Source: an uncultured bacterium (GTDB taxonomy: Bacteria; Patescibacteriota; Dojkabacteria; J137). Taken from it: a stretch of DNA of 64,000 nucleotides. The translations under genes were made by a program, and so were the position numbers. Location of the stretch: the NCBI GenBank assembly GCA_963700155.1, contig OY969472.1:317511-381510 (forward strand). Direction: 5' to 3'. Under the pieces are notes generated by a model. That model made no database searches, was not told the DNA's origin, and saw only the letters and a list, made by a program, of their open reading frames with translations. Of the stretch, positions 1 through 10,274 are shown piece by piece (positions within the stretch are counted from its first letter, which is position 1; the number at the start of each line of letters is the position of its first letter).

Positions 1-367
1 AATGATATCTTTTTACAACTCCTGCAAAACCTTTTCCTTTTGTTTCTCCTAATACTTGAACTTTATCACCAACTGAAAAAACATCAGCTAACAATTCACT
101 AGCTATATCTCCGTTAACTTCTCCTTTAACTTTTATTACATTTTTAACTTTTGGAACAAATTTTAATGACTTATAATTTCCAACTTCATCTTTAGATGCA
201 GATTTCTTTTTATCTTTTCCTATTTCAATATGTGTTAATGTATCACCATTTTTAAGATGTTTAGTTATATAGTTACCAGAAACATCTAAAATTGTTCCAA
301 CAACTGACTTTCCATCTTCTAAAAAGACTTGAGTCATTCCTATTTTTTTTCCTATTAATGCCTTCAT
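1..367 (-). CDS. rplC: 50S ribosomal protein L3 (5' part; runs off the window)
   Basis: Manual translation from ATG at 367 gives MKALIGKKIGMTQVF...TKGKGFAGVVKRYH; lies directly downstream of rpsJ. Confidence 0.95.
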   Translation of the reverse strand, partial: MKALIGKKIGMTQVFLEDGKSVVGTILDVSGNYITKHLKNGDTLTHIEIGKDKKKSASKDEVGNYKSLKFVPKVKNVIKVKGEVNGDIASELLADVFSVGDKVQVLGETKGKGFAGVVKRYH

Positions 368-448
368 ATACTAAAGCTAAAAATTTAAAGCCCTGCTTTA
401 AATTAAAAATTACAAATTATTAAAAGAAAATTAAAGCTCCCTGAAAGG

Positions 449-748
449 TTACTTAATTTCTACGCCTACTCCAGCCGGTAACTGCATATGAGTCAATGAT
501 TCAATGGTTTTTGCATTCGGCTCGAGAATATCAATCAATCTTATATGTTCAATGATTCCAAAATGCTCTTTTGACTTAGCGTCAATATGAGGACCTCTAT
601 GAACTGCCATCTTCCAGATTCTATTAGGAAGAGGTACAGGACCCCTAATCTTTGCTCCAGTGTCAATCACTGCTTTGCAAAGCTCTTGAGTAGCCTTGTC
701 AACAACTCTGTAATCAAATCCTTTTATTTTGACTCTGATTTTTTGCAT
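449..748 (-). CDS. rpsJ: 30S ribosomal protein S10
   Basis: KIRVKIKGFD, GPVPLP, HIRLIDI and LPAGVGVEIK motifs. Confidence 0.97.
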   Translation of the reverse strand: MQKIRVKIKGFDYRVVDKATQELCKAVIDTGAKIRGPVPLPNRIWKMAVHRGPHIDAKSKEHFGIIEHIRLIDILEPNAKTIESLTHMQLPAGVGVEIK

Positions 749-798
749 CTTTTAAATTATTTAAAGAACACTAAAAATAAACTAAATTAATAAATTAC

Positions 799-830
799 AA
801 AAAGAGTCCCGATGAAATCGGGACTCTTTT
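799..830. terminator. Intrinsic terminator-like hairpin after tuf
   Basis: AAAAGAGTCCCGAT-GAA-ATCGGGACTCTTTT perfect stem with A/T tails. Confidence 0.75.
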
Positions 831-833
831 AAT

Positions 834-2030
834 TTATTTAACAACTTCGGTAACAATTCCAGCTCCAACTGTCATTCCACCCTCTCTAATTGCAAATGAC
901 ATTTGCTTTTCGATAGCGACAGGTGTTGAAAGCTTGATATCAACTGTTACATGATCACCTGGCATTACCAATTGTGTTCCTTCTGGTAATGTAATTTCTC
1001 CTGTAACATCAGCTGTTCTAATATAGAATTGTGGTCTATATCCTGATTGGAATGCTGTATGTCTTCCACCTTCATCCTTGCTTAGAACGTAAAGTTCAGC
1101 TTTGAACTCTGTATGTGGTTTAACACTTCCTTTTGCAGCTAATACCTGACCTCTTTCAATTTCTTCTCTTTTAATACCTCTAATCAATAATCCGACATTG
1201 TCCCCTGCTTGACCTTCTTGTAGTTGTTTCTTAAACATTTCTACTCCAGTTATAGTTAGTTCTTTTGAACCTTCCATTAAACCGATTTGTTCAACAATAT
1301 CGTTTACTTTAACTTTTCCTCTGTCAATTCTACCTGTTGCAACTGTTCCTCTTCCTTCAATTGAGAATACATCTTCAACAGCCATTAAGAATGGTTGATC
1401 AATTGGTCTTTCAGGTAATGGAATCGTTTCATCCATAGCTTTTAGTAATTCAGCGATCTTCTCATCCCCATCCTTTTCACCAGTTACTCCGTATAGAGCA
1501 CTACCTACAATGAATGGAACTTTATCAACATCTTCATATCCGTATTTTTTCAATAAGTCTCTAATTTCTTCTTTAATTAATTCAAGAAGTTCTTCATCAG
1601 TATCATCTTCAAATCTATTGATGAATACAACAATGTGTTTTACACCAACCTGATTAGCAAGTAACAAATGCTCTTTTGTCTGTGGCATAGGTCCGTCAGA
1701 TGCTGAAACAACCAAAATTGCTCCATCCATTTGAGCTGCTCCAGTAATCATATTCTTAATATAGTCCTTATGACCTGGACAATCGATATGAGCATAATGT
1801 CTTGTCTCTGATTCGTATTCAACGTGACTTGATGCGACTGTAACTATTTTATTTGAACCTGCTCTTGCAATTCCTCCCTTTGCAATATCTGCATAGGATT
1901 TACCTGAGTTCTGCCATCCCTTTCTCTGGGAATAAGCAACTAAAGCTGCAGTAAGAGTAGTCTTACCATGGTCAATATGACCGAGGGTACCTACATTTAC
2001 ATGAGGCTTTGATCTAACAAACTCTGCCAT
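834..2030 (-). CDS. tuf: Elongation factor Tu (divergent switch I and G4 motifs)
   Basis: [40 protein letters not shown]; tuf-rpsJ synteny. Confidence 0.97.
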   Translation of the reverse strand: MAEFVRSKPHVNVGTLGHIDHGKTTLTAALVAYSQRKGWQNSGKSYADIAKGGIARAGSNKIVTVASSHVEYESETRHYAHIDCPGHKDYIKNMITGAAQMDGAILVVSASDGPMPQTKEHLLLANQVGVKHIVVFINRFEDDTDEELLELIKEEIRDLLKKYGYEDVDKVPFIVGSALYGVTGEKDGDEKIAELLKAMDETIPLPERPIDQPFLMAVEDVFSIEGRGTVATGRIDRGKVKVNDIVEQIGLMEGSKELTITGVEMFKKQLQEGQAGDNVGLLIRGIKREEIERGQVLAAKGSVKPHTEFKAELYVLSKDEGGRHTAFQSGYRPQFYIRTADVTGEITLPEGTQLVMPGDHVTVDIKLSTPVAIEKQMSFAIREGGMTVGAGIVTEVVK

Positions 2031-2074
2031 GATTTTATTTTAAAAAATTAAATAAATTATGTTCGATTTAATTT

Positions 2075-2137
2075 GCTGCCGAATGTTACCACCTTTTCAC
2101 ACTTTCTGGAAGTGCTTTATAGTAAATTCGATCCAGC
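2075..2137 (-). promoter_or_regulatory. Structured 5' leader of tuf
   Basis: Nested pairings on the minus strand: GCTG/CAGC, TCGAAT/ATTCGG, TTACTAT/GTGGTAA, GCACTT/AAGTGT. Confidence 0.5.
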
Positions 2138-2146
2138 TAAGTCGCA

Positions 2147-2175
2147 ATTATAAAATAAATACTTTTTATTCGCAA
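2147..2175 (-). promoter_or_regulatory. Sigma70 promoter of tuf
   Basis: TTGCGA-17 bp-TATAAT on the minus strand. Confidence 0.7.
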
Positions 2176-2281
2176 CAAAATTTAGGAGAGAATTTCTCTC
2201 CCAATAAAGTAAAGAATTATATCATCAAATCAGAAGATTATGAAGTTAAAAGTAGGAAAATTCAATAATAATTTTGGTAAA

Positions 2282-2641
2282 TTATTGCTCTTGTCCAGTT
2301 GTTCTTAAAAAGTTATCTGTATACATTATAATTTCATCATATGTAAGGCTACCAACTTCTTCTATTGTTTTACCATGGCCCAACGCTAATTTTAAACCTT
2401 GCTCTAATGAATGTAGATCTTGTCTTGTAATACCAAATTGCTTACCAAAATCTAACAAGCTATCTAACAAATTATAATCTTCATCTTGATAATAAACTGA
2501 ACCGCTTAATATTAATTTCTTAGCATATGAAGTAAGAGCTGAAAGTACATCATCTTTATTTCGTAGATGAAAAATCGATATATCACCTATTTTGGGTAGT
2601 ATTATATTATTACGCATTCTCTGAGTAAATAATATCAACAA
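2282..2641 (-). CDS. Hypothetical protein
   Basis: 119-aa ORF co-oriented with neighbours; no recognised motif. Confidence 0.55.
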   Translation of the reverse strand: MLILFTQRMRNNIILPKIGDISIFHLRNKDDVLSALTSYAKKLILSGSVYYQDEDYNLLDSLLDFGKQFGITRQDLHSLEQGLKLALGHGKTIEEVGSLTYDEIIMYTDNFLRTTGQEQ

Positions 2642-2656
2642 TACATAATATACCTA

Positions 2657-3745
2657 TTAGGGATTCTGTTCAAGCCATTCTTTTAATGTTAATCCGCTGT
2701 CATGTACTGCTGTGGCATTATCGATACCAATGTATCGATAATGCCACGCTTCATGAGAATATCCTGTAATTTCTTCTTTGTTTTCTAAGTAAGATTGAAT
2801 ATATCCATATTTATATGAATTTTCAAAAATCCATTTTCCTGCTTTTGTTTTTTGAAAGTTATTAGTTAATGTGAGGCCACTTTCTTGATCAATAAAATCC
2901 ACAGCAGTCCCCAGTTGGTGCTCCGAGAAGCCAGGACGAGCCGACACTTTGTCGGCCTCGTCCTGGCCAAGTTGTCTTACCCAATCAGCATATAATTTAT
3001 ATTGTTCATTATAAGATCTATATCCTGAAGCTATTACCGCATTCTTCCCCGTATCTTTCTTTAAATCACTTAACATCAAACTCAAGTAATCTGCTGCTTC
3101 TTTTCTAAGCATAATAGTTGCAGTATTTGTATAAAGCTGATAGTCAGAATATAGATTTTTTAAATCTGTTGGAGCGTAATCATTAATTAATTTATGCTCT
3201 TTATTCACTTGGGCTTTTAGGTCGTCCCCGTCAGCCGTGTATTTAAAATTAGGCCAAGGGTCTATTGTCTTCATTCCAAAAGGAAGAGAAACTGCTTGTC
3301 TATTTAATTTCAATGTTATTGGTTCATCATTACCTCCTTTATCCTTAATGTCTACATTAATAGTTGCTGATCCTATACCGATATTTTTTATTTGCAGCGC
3401 ATACCAATATTCATCGCTTTGTGTATCCTGATTAAAATCTTTTTTAACAAATGTAAGTATTGTTCGATTATTATCATCAACAAGTACCTCCTTATTGGTT
3501 CTTACAGTAACCGCAGTATCGGGCTCTAGAACTACTTCGGAAGTCGTATTTGCATCAACTTTTAAAGGAGTTGTATCAACTGGGACGTCTTCTTTAGGTT
3601 GACCACTGGCAATTATCGAATTTATTGCATTTTGTATATCTTCGAATGAATTAGTATTAAAGATTTTATCTAAGGCAAAAAGTATCCCCACGCCTACCGC
3701 AAGAATTAGAATCAATATTAAAAATAATTTAAAAAGTTTTTTCAT
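2657..3745 (-). CDS. Membrane-anchored M15B (VanY/LdcB-like) carboxypeptidase
   Basis: N-terminal TM; SGYRS, SARPGFSEHQLGTAVD (SxH...D) and EAWHYRY zinc motifs. Confidence 0.9.
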   Translation of the reverse strand: MKKLFKLFLILILILAVGVGILFALDKIFNTNSFEDIQNAINSIIASGQPKEDVPVDTTPLKVDANTTSEVVLEPDTAVTVRTNKEVLVDDNNRTILTFVKKDFNQDTQSDEYWYALQIKNIGIGSATINVDIKDKGGNDEPITLKLNRQAVSLPFGMKTIDPWPNFKYTADGDDLKAQVNKEHKLINDYAPTDLKNLYSDYQLYTNTATIMLRKEAADYLSLMLSDLKKDTGKNAVIASGYRSYNEQYKLYADWVRQLGQDEADKVSARPGFSEHQLGTAVDFIDQESGLTLTNNFQKTKAGKWIFENSYKYGYIQSYLENKEEITGYSHEAWHYRYIGIDNATAVHDSGLTLKEWLEQNP

Positions 3746-3809
3746 AATTTAAGTATATCATTATAATTTCAGATATAATTTTTCAATATTTATTTATAAA
3801 ATTATTTTT

Positions 3810-4673
3810 ATGGAAAATATCGAATACTATTTATTTTTTCTTATTTTAATAACAATATCAGAAATCTTTGTAATATTATCCTTACAATTTCTGAATCGCG
3901 ATAAATTTAAATTAAATTATTTTTCTTTTAATGTTAGGAATTATTATTTAATGCTGTTCCCTCTTGCGATTAGCTTTTTTATAGTAGCAGTAATCAGACA
4001 ATCTTTTGATCTAATTGTACTATTTCTTCTTTTTTCGATTGTTGGAATAATTGGAGAAACACTTTTTAGTTATTGGTGGAAAAAATTATTCCCGAAAAAA
4101 TATTTCGTTTATAAAGTTAAAACAATTTTTAATTCCTATTCAAGTTTGTTAAATTTTATCCCCTGGGGATTAGGAGGATTTTTATTTTTAGTAATAGTAC
4201 AATTAGCAAAGTATAAATATTCAAACCCTATAATTTCAACCGAACTTACAAATAATTTTCAATTCTATACATTATTTTGGATTATATTTATATCTTCAAT
4301 TCCATTTAGCATATTATTAATGTATATATATAGAAAAATTAGACCTTTTGATAAGAATACGTTTAATATAGATTTTATGACATACTTGATTTTCTCCCTT
4401 CCTATGATATTGGCAGTTCTTGCAATTTCATTACTATATTCACCAGATTATTTTTTAATTTCGTTAGGTTTTGGAGTTATTGGGTTTGTTTTAGAATATT
4501 TATTAGGTAAAATGTCGGTTTTCTTCATCTCAAAGAAATTATGGTATTACAATTACAATACAATAGATAATAACCATACAACAATATTAAACATAATACC
4601 TTGTATGGCAGGAGGATTTTTATTTTGGACAGTTGCTTTGATATTTATAAATCTCTTCGGCATTATTTATTAA
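3810..4673 (+). CDS. Polytopic membrane protein with two-fold internal repeat
   Basis: About 8 TMs; repeated GxxxE...KKxxxY...LNxIPxxxGGFLF unit. Confidence 0.7.
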   Translation: MENIEYYLFFLILITISEIFVILSLQFLNRDKFKLNYFSFNVRNYYLMLFPLAISFFIVAVIRQSFDLIVLFLLFSIVGIIGETLFSYWWKKLFPKKYFVYKVKTIFNSYSSLLNFIPWGLGGFLFLVIVQLAKYKYSNPIISTELTNNFQFYTLFWIIFISSIPFSILLMYIYRKIRPFDKNTFNIDFMTYLIFSLPMILAVLAISLLYSPDYFLISLGFGVIGFVLEYLLGKMSVFFISKKLWYYNYNTIDNNHTTILNIIPCMAGGFLFWTVALIFINLFGIIY

Positions 4674-4698
4674 GTTGTGATTCGAATTTGAAGAAAGT

Positions 4699-5511
4699 TT
4701 ATAAAGCAATATCTCCAACTTTTGTTCTACGTAAATTTATTAACATAGCTGGGAAACCTAGTTTTACTCCTAAATCTTCAGCTAACTGACGCATATAAGT
4801 ACCTTTGGAACATTTGATTCTGACTTTTGAAACTGGATAATCTATCTTTTTGCATATTTTTGCACCATTCTCTTCTATGTTTATTTCGTAATTTTTGGTG
4901 AAAATATTTAAAACTTCGCTTTCATATATTTTTACTTCTTTCTTTGGAAGCTCTACTTCCTTCTTGAACTCTTTATTATTAAAGAACTTGACTACTCTTT
5001 TATCTTTATCTTGTACAATTTCAAAAGTTTCAAACTTCCTTGCTAACTTTCTAAGTTTTTCACCATCAACCTTAACTGATGAAAATACTGGTACAAATTG
5101 ATTGTATGAAGGCTGAAATTCTTTTAAAGCATCATTTATTATAGATTCAGTTATCTTAGATTTTAGTTCCTTTAGTTTTATTTTATCTGTAACCACTTCT
5201 ACAATAGCTCCTTCAGGATCGGCTGATGTAGTCGACATACCAAATAGAATTTCAGCCTCGTAAACTTTATTTAAAGTAAGAAACTCGTCTGAAAGTTTTG
5301 TTGCTTTACCTGCAAGAATTATTAATAATCCTGAAGCAAATGGATCTAACGCTCCTGCATGCCCAACCTTTTTTGTTCCAAGCTTTTTTCGATATTCATA
5401 TACAATATCATGTGAAGTTTTCCCTGCCGGTTTATCAGCAGCAAATATTCCGCTTACTCTGCCGAATTCATCTACATAAGCTTTGTTCAATTCATAATCA
5501 TCAATATTCAT
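4699..5511 (-). CDS. truB: tRNA pseudouridine(55) synthase
   Basis: KVGHAGALDPFASG, CSKGTYMR and LRRTKVG motifs. Confidence 0.95.
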   Translation of the reverse strand: MNIDDYELNKAYVDEFGRVSGIFAADKPAGKTSHDIVYEYRKKLGTKKVGHAGALDPFASGLLIILAGKATKLSDEFLTLNKVYEAEILFGMSTTSADPEGAIVEVVTDKIKLKELKSKITESIINDALKEFQPSYNQFVPVFSSVKVDGEKLRKLARKFETFEIVQDKDKRVVKFFNNKEFKKEVELPKKEVKIYESEVLNIFTKNYEINIEENGAKICKKIDYPVSKVRIKCSKGTYMRQLAEDLGVKLGFPAMLINLRRTKVGDIAL

Positions 5512-5590
5512 TCAGTAATTATAGCTTAATAAGTCGTAAAAAATCCGAAAATATATGGGGAATAAAGGAGTGCTTTTTTAATAAAATTTT

Positions 5591-5624
5591 AAGTTGCCCA
5601 AATTGGTTCCAATTTGGGCAACTT
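5591..5624. repeat. Perfect 16-bp intergenic inverted repeat
   Basis: AAGTTGCCCAAATTGG-TT-CCAATTTGGGCAACTT. Confidence 0.85.
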
Positions 5625-5671
5625 TTGGTGCAGATTTGGTTAACAGTTGGGCAAGTCAAAAAAGTGGATTT

Positions 5672-6067
5672 TTAGATACCCTCCCGCTCCACAACTTTAA
5701 AATAATAAATGGTCATAACACCATCTCGTTCAAATTCCTCTTTGTGTTCATTTGAAACATATTTTATAGCATCTTCTAATGTTTCAAATCCGCAGTCACG
5801 AATATATTCTATCGGCATTTCTTCCGGTTTTGCAGAAACAATCATTGATACTTGAGCCTTTCCTACTACCTTTTTATTGCCGTCAAGCAGCGGAACGACT
5901 CCGATATAGTTAGTTCTTAATCCACCTTTTAAAGTCGCTTTAATTTCACCAATTTCAGGGATAACTTCTCCTTTATTATCATATATTCTAATACCAAAAT
6001 TCATTTCTACTGGATAGTCTCCATTCTCACCCAAGAATTTATATGGTGCTCTTACAGTTGATGACAT
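5672..6067 (-). CDS. Putative ASCH-domain protein
   Basis: GKAQV...EEMPIEYIRDCGFETLED pattern resembles the ASCH C-terminal half. Confidence 0.55.
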   Translation of the reverse strand: MSSTVRAPYKFLGENGDYPVEMNFGIRIYDNKGEVIPEIGEIKATLKGGLRTNYIGVVPLLDGNKKVVGKAQVSMIVSAKPEEMPIEYIRDCGFETLEDAIKYVSNEHKEEFERDGVMTIYYFKVVEREGI

Positions 6068-6147
6068 AATAAATTTTTAAATATATATTAAATCCAATTA
6101 TAACTATATTGTGATAAAATCACTACACTATATTTTTAGTAGATTTT

Positions 6148-6510
6148 ATGAGCAATGATATTTTCGCACAAGAACAACTAAGAAAGACAGAATTTATAAG
6201 AGAACTCGGGAAAAAGATTCGTGCAGCCAGAGATGAGGCGCGATTCTCACAGTTAGAAGTTGGAGTTACCTTAGGTGTTTCTGATAAAACCATCAGCGGT
6301 TACGAATCAGGAAGAATCGCGCCTCCTATCGATAAACTTATGCAACTTGCAGATTTGTTCAAAAAACCAATTACTTATTTTTTAGGTTCTGATCCAAGAG
6401 AATATAAGGTAGCTTCAAGATTAAGAGCTGTAGAAGTTACAATGAAAGAAATAAGAAAACAACTAAATGAAATAAAGTTACTTTCTCAAACTGTTGATTT
6501 AGATTCTTAA
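6148..6510 (+). CDS. XRE-family HTH regulator with C-terminal coiled coil
   Basis: LGKKIRAAR...SQLEVG..LGVSDKTISGYESG...P. Confidence 0.9.
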   Translation: MSNDIFAQEQLRKTEFIRELGKKIRAARDEARFSQLEVGVTLGVSDKTISGYESGRIAPPIDKLMQLADLFKKPITYFLGSDPREYKVASRLRAVEVTMKEIRKQLNEIKLLSQTVDLDS

Positions 6511-6522
6511 ATAGTCTTTAAA

Positions 6523-7224
6523 TTAAACACTAACTAGATCTTCTCTTCTATTTGTAAACTTTAGAAAGTTTAGTAATATTCCGGCATTAATTCTAGAAAA
6601 TACTTTGGCAAAGTATAAAGGGAGTAATTTTATTAACCAAGTTATCCAAGCAACAAAACCTTTTTGCGGATTTTTTTTCATTTCATTTATTTTAAAGCTA
6701 AAAAAATCCGCTCTATTTGCCCAACTTAAAGTCTCTTGAATAACTAATTTTTTTGTACCAAGTACATCAATTTTTAGTCCGGGAAGTTTCCCAGCAAGTA
6801 TTGACTTCTCAATATTAGATTCTTCTTTTAAATCTTTATTTCTGCTAACTAGGTATTTTTCAATAAGTGAAGTTAAATCATCAATAAAATTCTTATCTTT
6901 CTTACTTAAAACTACATAATTCCCGGGAACGCTTCCAATTGGGACGGTACCATCATGAAGAACAAAAACAAGTTTAGTGTTAAATTTTAGGTTAGTTCTC
7001 AGATAATCAATTAATTCTCTACCGCTATATTTGGGTAATGTAGTATCAATAATAACAATATCAGGATTTATTATAAAAACATATCCTACACCTTCAACTC
7101 CGCTATCGGAGCAATATGTTTTAATATCTGTCGAAAGGCTTTTCCCTATTGAAGATAATAAAATTGTAAGTGCTTCTCTGATGACTAAATCATCATCTAA
7201 TAAAACTACTTTCTGTGATTCCAT
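6523..7224 (-). CDS. Response regulator receiver-domain protein
   Basis: VVLLDDD, PDIVIIDTTLPKYSGREL. Confidence 0.8.
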   Translation of the reverse strand: MESQKVVLLDDDLVIREALTILLSSIGKSLSTDIKTYCSDSGVEGVGYVFIINPDIVIIDTTLPKYSGRELIDYLRTNLKFNTKLVFVLHDGTVPIGSVPGNYVVLSKKDKNFIDDLTSLIEKYLVSRNKDLKEESNIEKSILAGKLPGLKIDVLGTKKLVIQETLSWANRADFFSFKINEMKKNPQKGFVAWITWLIKLLPLYFAKVFSRINAGILLNFLKFTNRREDLVSV

Positions 7225-7304
7225 ATTCTGTATTATGTTTAGAGATTACGTCGTAATTATGCAGGATTTATTTTATTTTGTAAACCTGAAGGAAAAATAT
7301 TAAA

Positions 7305-7386
7305 TGCCGACGAGAGGACTCGAACCTCCACATCTTGCGATACTGGTTCCTAAGACCAGCGCGTATACCAATTCCGCCACGTCGGC
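7305..7386 (-). tRNA. tRNA-Leu(TAG), CCA not encoded
   Basis: GCCGACGTGGCGGAATTGGTATACGCG, anticodon arm CTGGT-CTTAGGA-ACCAG, long variable arm, GGTTCGAGTCC T-arm. Confidence 0.95.
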
Positions 7387-7623
7387 ATTACTAATTACTT
7401 ATAGAATTTATAATACTACCAAAAATTCTCCCGATTAATCGGGACTAATTCGATCTTAAGCTTCAGATTTGCTTCGATTCCTTCAGCTTGATCTCATTGA
7501 GCGCCACGTTGACTTTAAAAAGCAAGAAATTATATCATTTTAATCCCCTATAGTCATTACTAACAACTACATCTTAAGGCTTAATAGTAGTATACTTATA
7601 TAAATTACTCTTAACAAATTTAT

Positions 7624-9615
7624 ATGAAAATCTTTCTCAAAATCCTAGGAATTATTCTAGCTATTTTTATCTTCCATTCTATTACAACAGTTACAGTTCA
7701 TGCTGTAACTTTCACTTATCCAAATTATGATGTAAATGTTCAAATAAGCAAGGATTCAACGTATGTTGTGACTGAAAAAGCAGATTATGTTTTGAATGGC
7801 GAAGCTCATGGATTACGAAGAGACCTTACATTATATGATTCTCAAAAATCTCAGAAGTGTGCTAGTAGTTCAGATCTAACATGCGGTGGATTTGATAGGG
7901 TTCAAGTTTTAAGTGTGACTGATAATACAGGACGTGAACTAAACTCAAATGAATTTAAATTCTATGAATATACAGATGATTATGGAACTAGATATGGAAG
8001 ATTTGAATGGACAATATGGCCAGATGGTAAAGAAGTTACAGATTACAAAGTTGGATGGACAATTCAATATAAAATATTTGGTGGAATTCAAAAAATAGGA
8101 AATAATCCTTATTTCTACTGGAATATGCTTCCAGAAGATCGTAGTGGAACAGTAAATAATGCAAAACTTGAAGTTAACTTCCCAAGTGGCATAAATGTGA
8201 ACAAAGATAATTTATCTGTATATGCTGACGATAGTTACAGAATACAACCAACTTCAGGTGGATTCATTTTTACATTGAGCAGTCTTCCTGACTATAGTAA
8301 TTTTACCGTTGCATATAAATTCCAGCCAACAGATATAGTATTACCAGGCAGTATTTCATATAAAGTAGATGCTCCTTTATATGGAATTAATATATTATTA
8401 GATCAACAGTCAATTGATAGTAATTCGTCTGTTGGAATAATAAAAAGTGTTGAAGCAGGAGACCATACTTTAGAAATTAATCATGTGGGGTACAAACCAT
8501 TCAGTCAGAATATAAATGTAAAATCAGGAGAAACAAGCGATGTTGAAGTTACACTTGTACCGGAAACTTGGATGAGCATTTTGTTAGTTTTAAATAATGT
8601 ATTTATTCTTATTGGCTGCATATTGGTACCAGTAACGATGATTCTTGTATATTTGTATTACAGAAGACATGGTCGTGATAAAAACATGCCAAAAACTATC
8701 ATTCCGCTCTACACTCCACCAGAAAATACTCCTCCATATCTTTTAGGAACAATCAAAGATGAAAGTGTTGATAAAGAAGATATTGTAGGTTCAATTATTG
8801 ATTTAGCTTATCGTGGATTTATTAAAATTAAAGAACTTAAAAAAGGTAAAAATTATGAGTTGAATTTACAAGATAAAGATACTTCTGAATTAAATGAAAC
8901 TGAAAAGCAGATTTTAGATTCATTATTTAATGGTGAAGATACAAGAGAAACTGATGATATGAGTTCTTATTTCCCATCCAAATATATAAAATTAACTAAT
9001 AGAATTTATGATGAAGTTGTTGAGAAAGGATTCTTTAGTAGATCGCCTCGAACTACAATTGGAATTTATGCAGGGATTGGAGTTTTGCTTATTGTTTTGG
9101 GAGTTGGATCAGTTATTCTATTATCTGCTTTATTAACTAATTTCTTAGGGTATATATCTATATTTACTATTGGAATTGCAGCAGCGACGGGAGGTTTTTG
9201 CCTCCTTGTTATTGCCAAATTTATGCCGGCAAAAACCTCTCTTGGCAGCAAAACATATGCTGATATTTTAGGATTCAAAATGTATCTTCATACAGCTGAA
9301 CGTTACAGACTGCAAAAGCTTGGTCCTGATGAATTTGAGAGATATCTATCTTATGCAGTTGTATTCAAAATTGAAAAAGAATGGGCAAAGAAATTTGAAG
9401 GTATTTATAATAAACAGCCTGATTGGTTCGAAGGTGACTATAATGTATGGAATGCAATAATAATTTCAAATTTCTTAAGTAGTTTTAGAACTGCAAGTGT
9501 CAGCGGTATGACTCCGGTCTCGAGTGCAAGTGGTGGTGGATGGTCAGGTGGGGGCGGTTCATTTGGTGGCTTCTCCGGTGGTGGAGGTGGAGGCGGGGGA
9601 AGCGGTGGATGGTAA
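7624..9615 (+). CDS. DUF2207-family membrane protein with PEGA-like insert
   Basis: Signal peptide, IIDLAYRGFIKI, ILGFKMYL, YLSYAVVF, Gly-rich GGGGSGGW C-terminus. Confidence 0.85.
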   Translation: MKIFLKILGIILAIFIFHSITTVTVHAVTFTYPNYDVNVQISKDSTYVVTEKADYVLNGEAHGLRRDLTLYDSQKSQKCASSSDLTCGGFDRVQVLSVTDNTGRELNSNEFKFYEYTDDYGTRYGRFEWTIWPDGKEVTDYKVGWTIQYKIFGGIQKIGNNPYFYWNMLPEDRSGTVNNAKLEVNFPSGINVNKDNLSVYADDSYRIQPTSGGFIFTLSSLPDYSNFTVAYKFQPTDIVLPGSISYKVDAPLYGINILLDQQSIDSNSSVGIIKSVEAGDHTLEINHVGYKPFSQNINVKSGETSDVEVTLVPETWMSILLVLNNVFILIGCILVPVTMILVYLYYRRHGRDKNMPKTIIPLYTPPENTPPYLLGTIKDESVDKEDIVGSIIDLAYRGFIKIKELKKGKNYELNLQDKDTSELNETEKQILDSLFNGEDTRETDDMSSYFPSKYIKLTNRIYDEVVEKGFFSRSPRTTIGIYAGIGVLLIVLGVGSVILLSALLTNFLGYISIFTIGIAAATGGFCLLVIAKFMPAKTSLGSKTYADILGFKMYLHTAERYRLQKLGPDEFERYLSYAVVFKIEKEWAKKFEGIYNKQPDWFEGDYNVWNAIIISNFLSSFRTASVSGMTPVSSASGGGWSGGGGSFGGFSGGGGGGGGSGGW

Positions 9616-9617
9616 GA

Positions 9618-10196
9618 TTAAAATCTTTTAGAAAATATTTTTTCTATCTTTTTTGCTAAATTAGTAATCGTAGTGTTGTAATTTTTACTTAAATAATCTT
9701 CACTTAAAGCTAGTTGACTTACATGATATCCATATTCAAATATAAATTGAAAGATAATTGTCCAAATGAGGGAAATAAGTATTATTTGTAAATCTGGGAA
9801 AGGATTAAAAAACAAAATCAAATTATAGACAACAAAAAAGCTAAAAAATATATTTGGGAATATAAAGAATATCTTACGATTTTGCGAAATTACAAATAAA
9901 ATGTAACCTATCATCCTAATTATAAATAGTATTAAAAAGATTAAGGTTATAAGGGAATCAATATTTACAGAGATAATGTAAACAAAAAAAATAAAATAAA
10001 CAATCGTGTCAGTTAATTTATCATCTCTATTGTAACCCTTTAATGAAATACCAAACCCTTTTAATGCTCTCATATCAATCCAGTCTAGGTAAATTGCAAA
10101 TAATACAGTTAAAAGTGGGTTAATGAAAACTCCAATCGCAAAAAAAATTCTAAAAGAATAAATTAATAATTTTATAAACTTCTGACCTTGAATCAT
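9618..10196 (-). CDS. Membrane protein (weak CDP-alcohol phosphotransferase-like motif)
   Basis: Hydrophobic; LDWID...DKLTD pattern. Confidence 0.55.
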   Translation of the reverse strand: MIQGQKFIKLLIYSFRIFFAIGVFINPLLTVLFAIYLDWIDMRALKGFGISLKGYNRDDKLTDTIVYFIFFVYIISVNIDSLITLIFLILFIIRMIGYILFVISQNRKIFFIFPNIFFSFFVVYNLILFFNPFPDLQIILISLIWTIIFQFIFEYGYHVSQLALSEDYLSKNYNTTITNLAKKIEKIFSKRF

Positions 10197-10274
10197 ACAT
10201 TTATTTTATAGAATTAATTAAGCATTGCAATACTCTTAAAGTTTTGTGACAATTAATTACTATTTAATTTCCTT

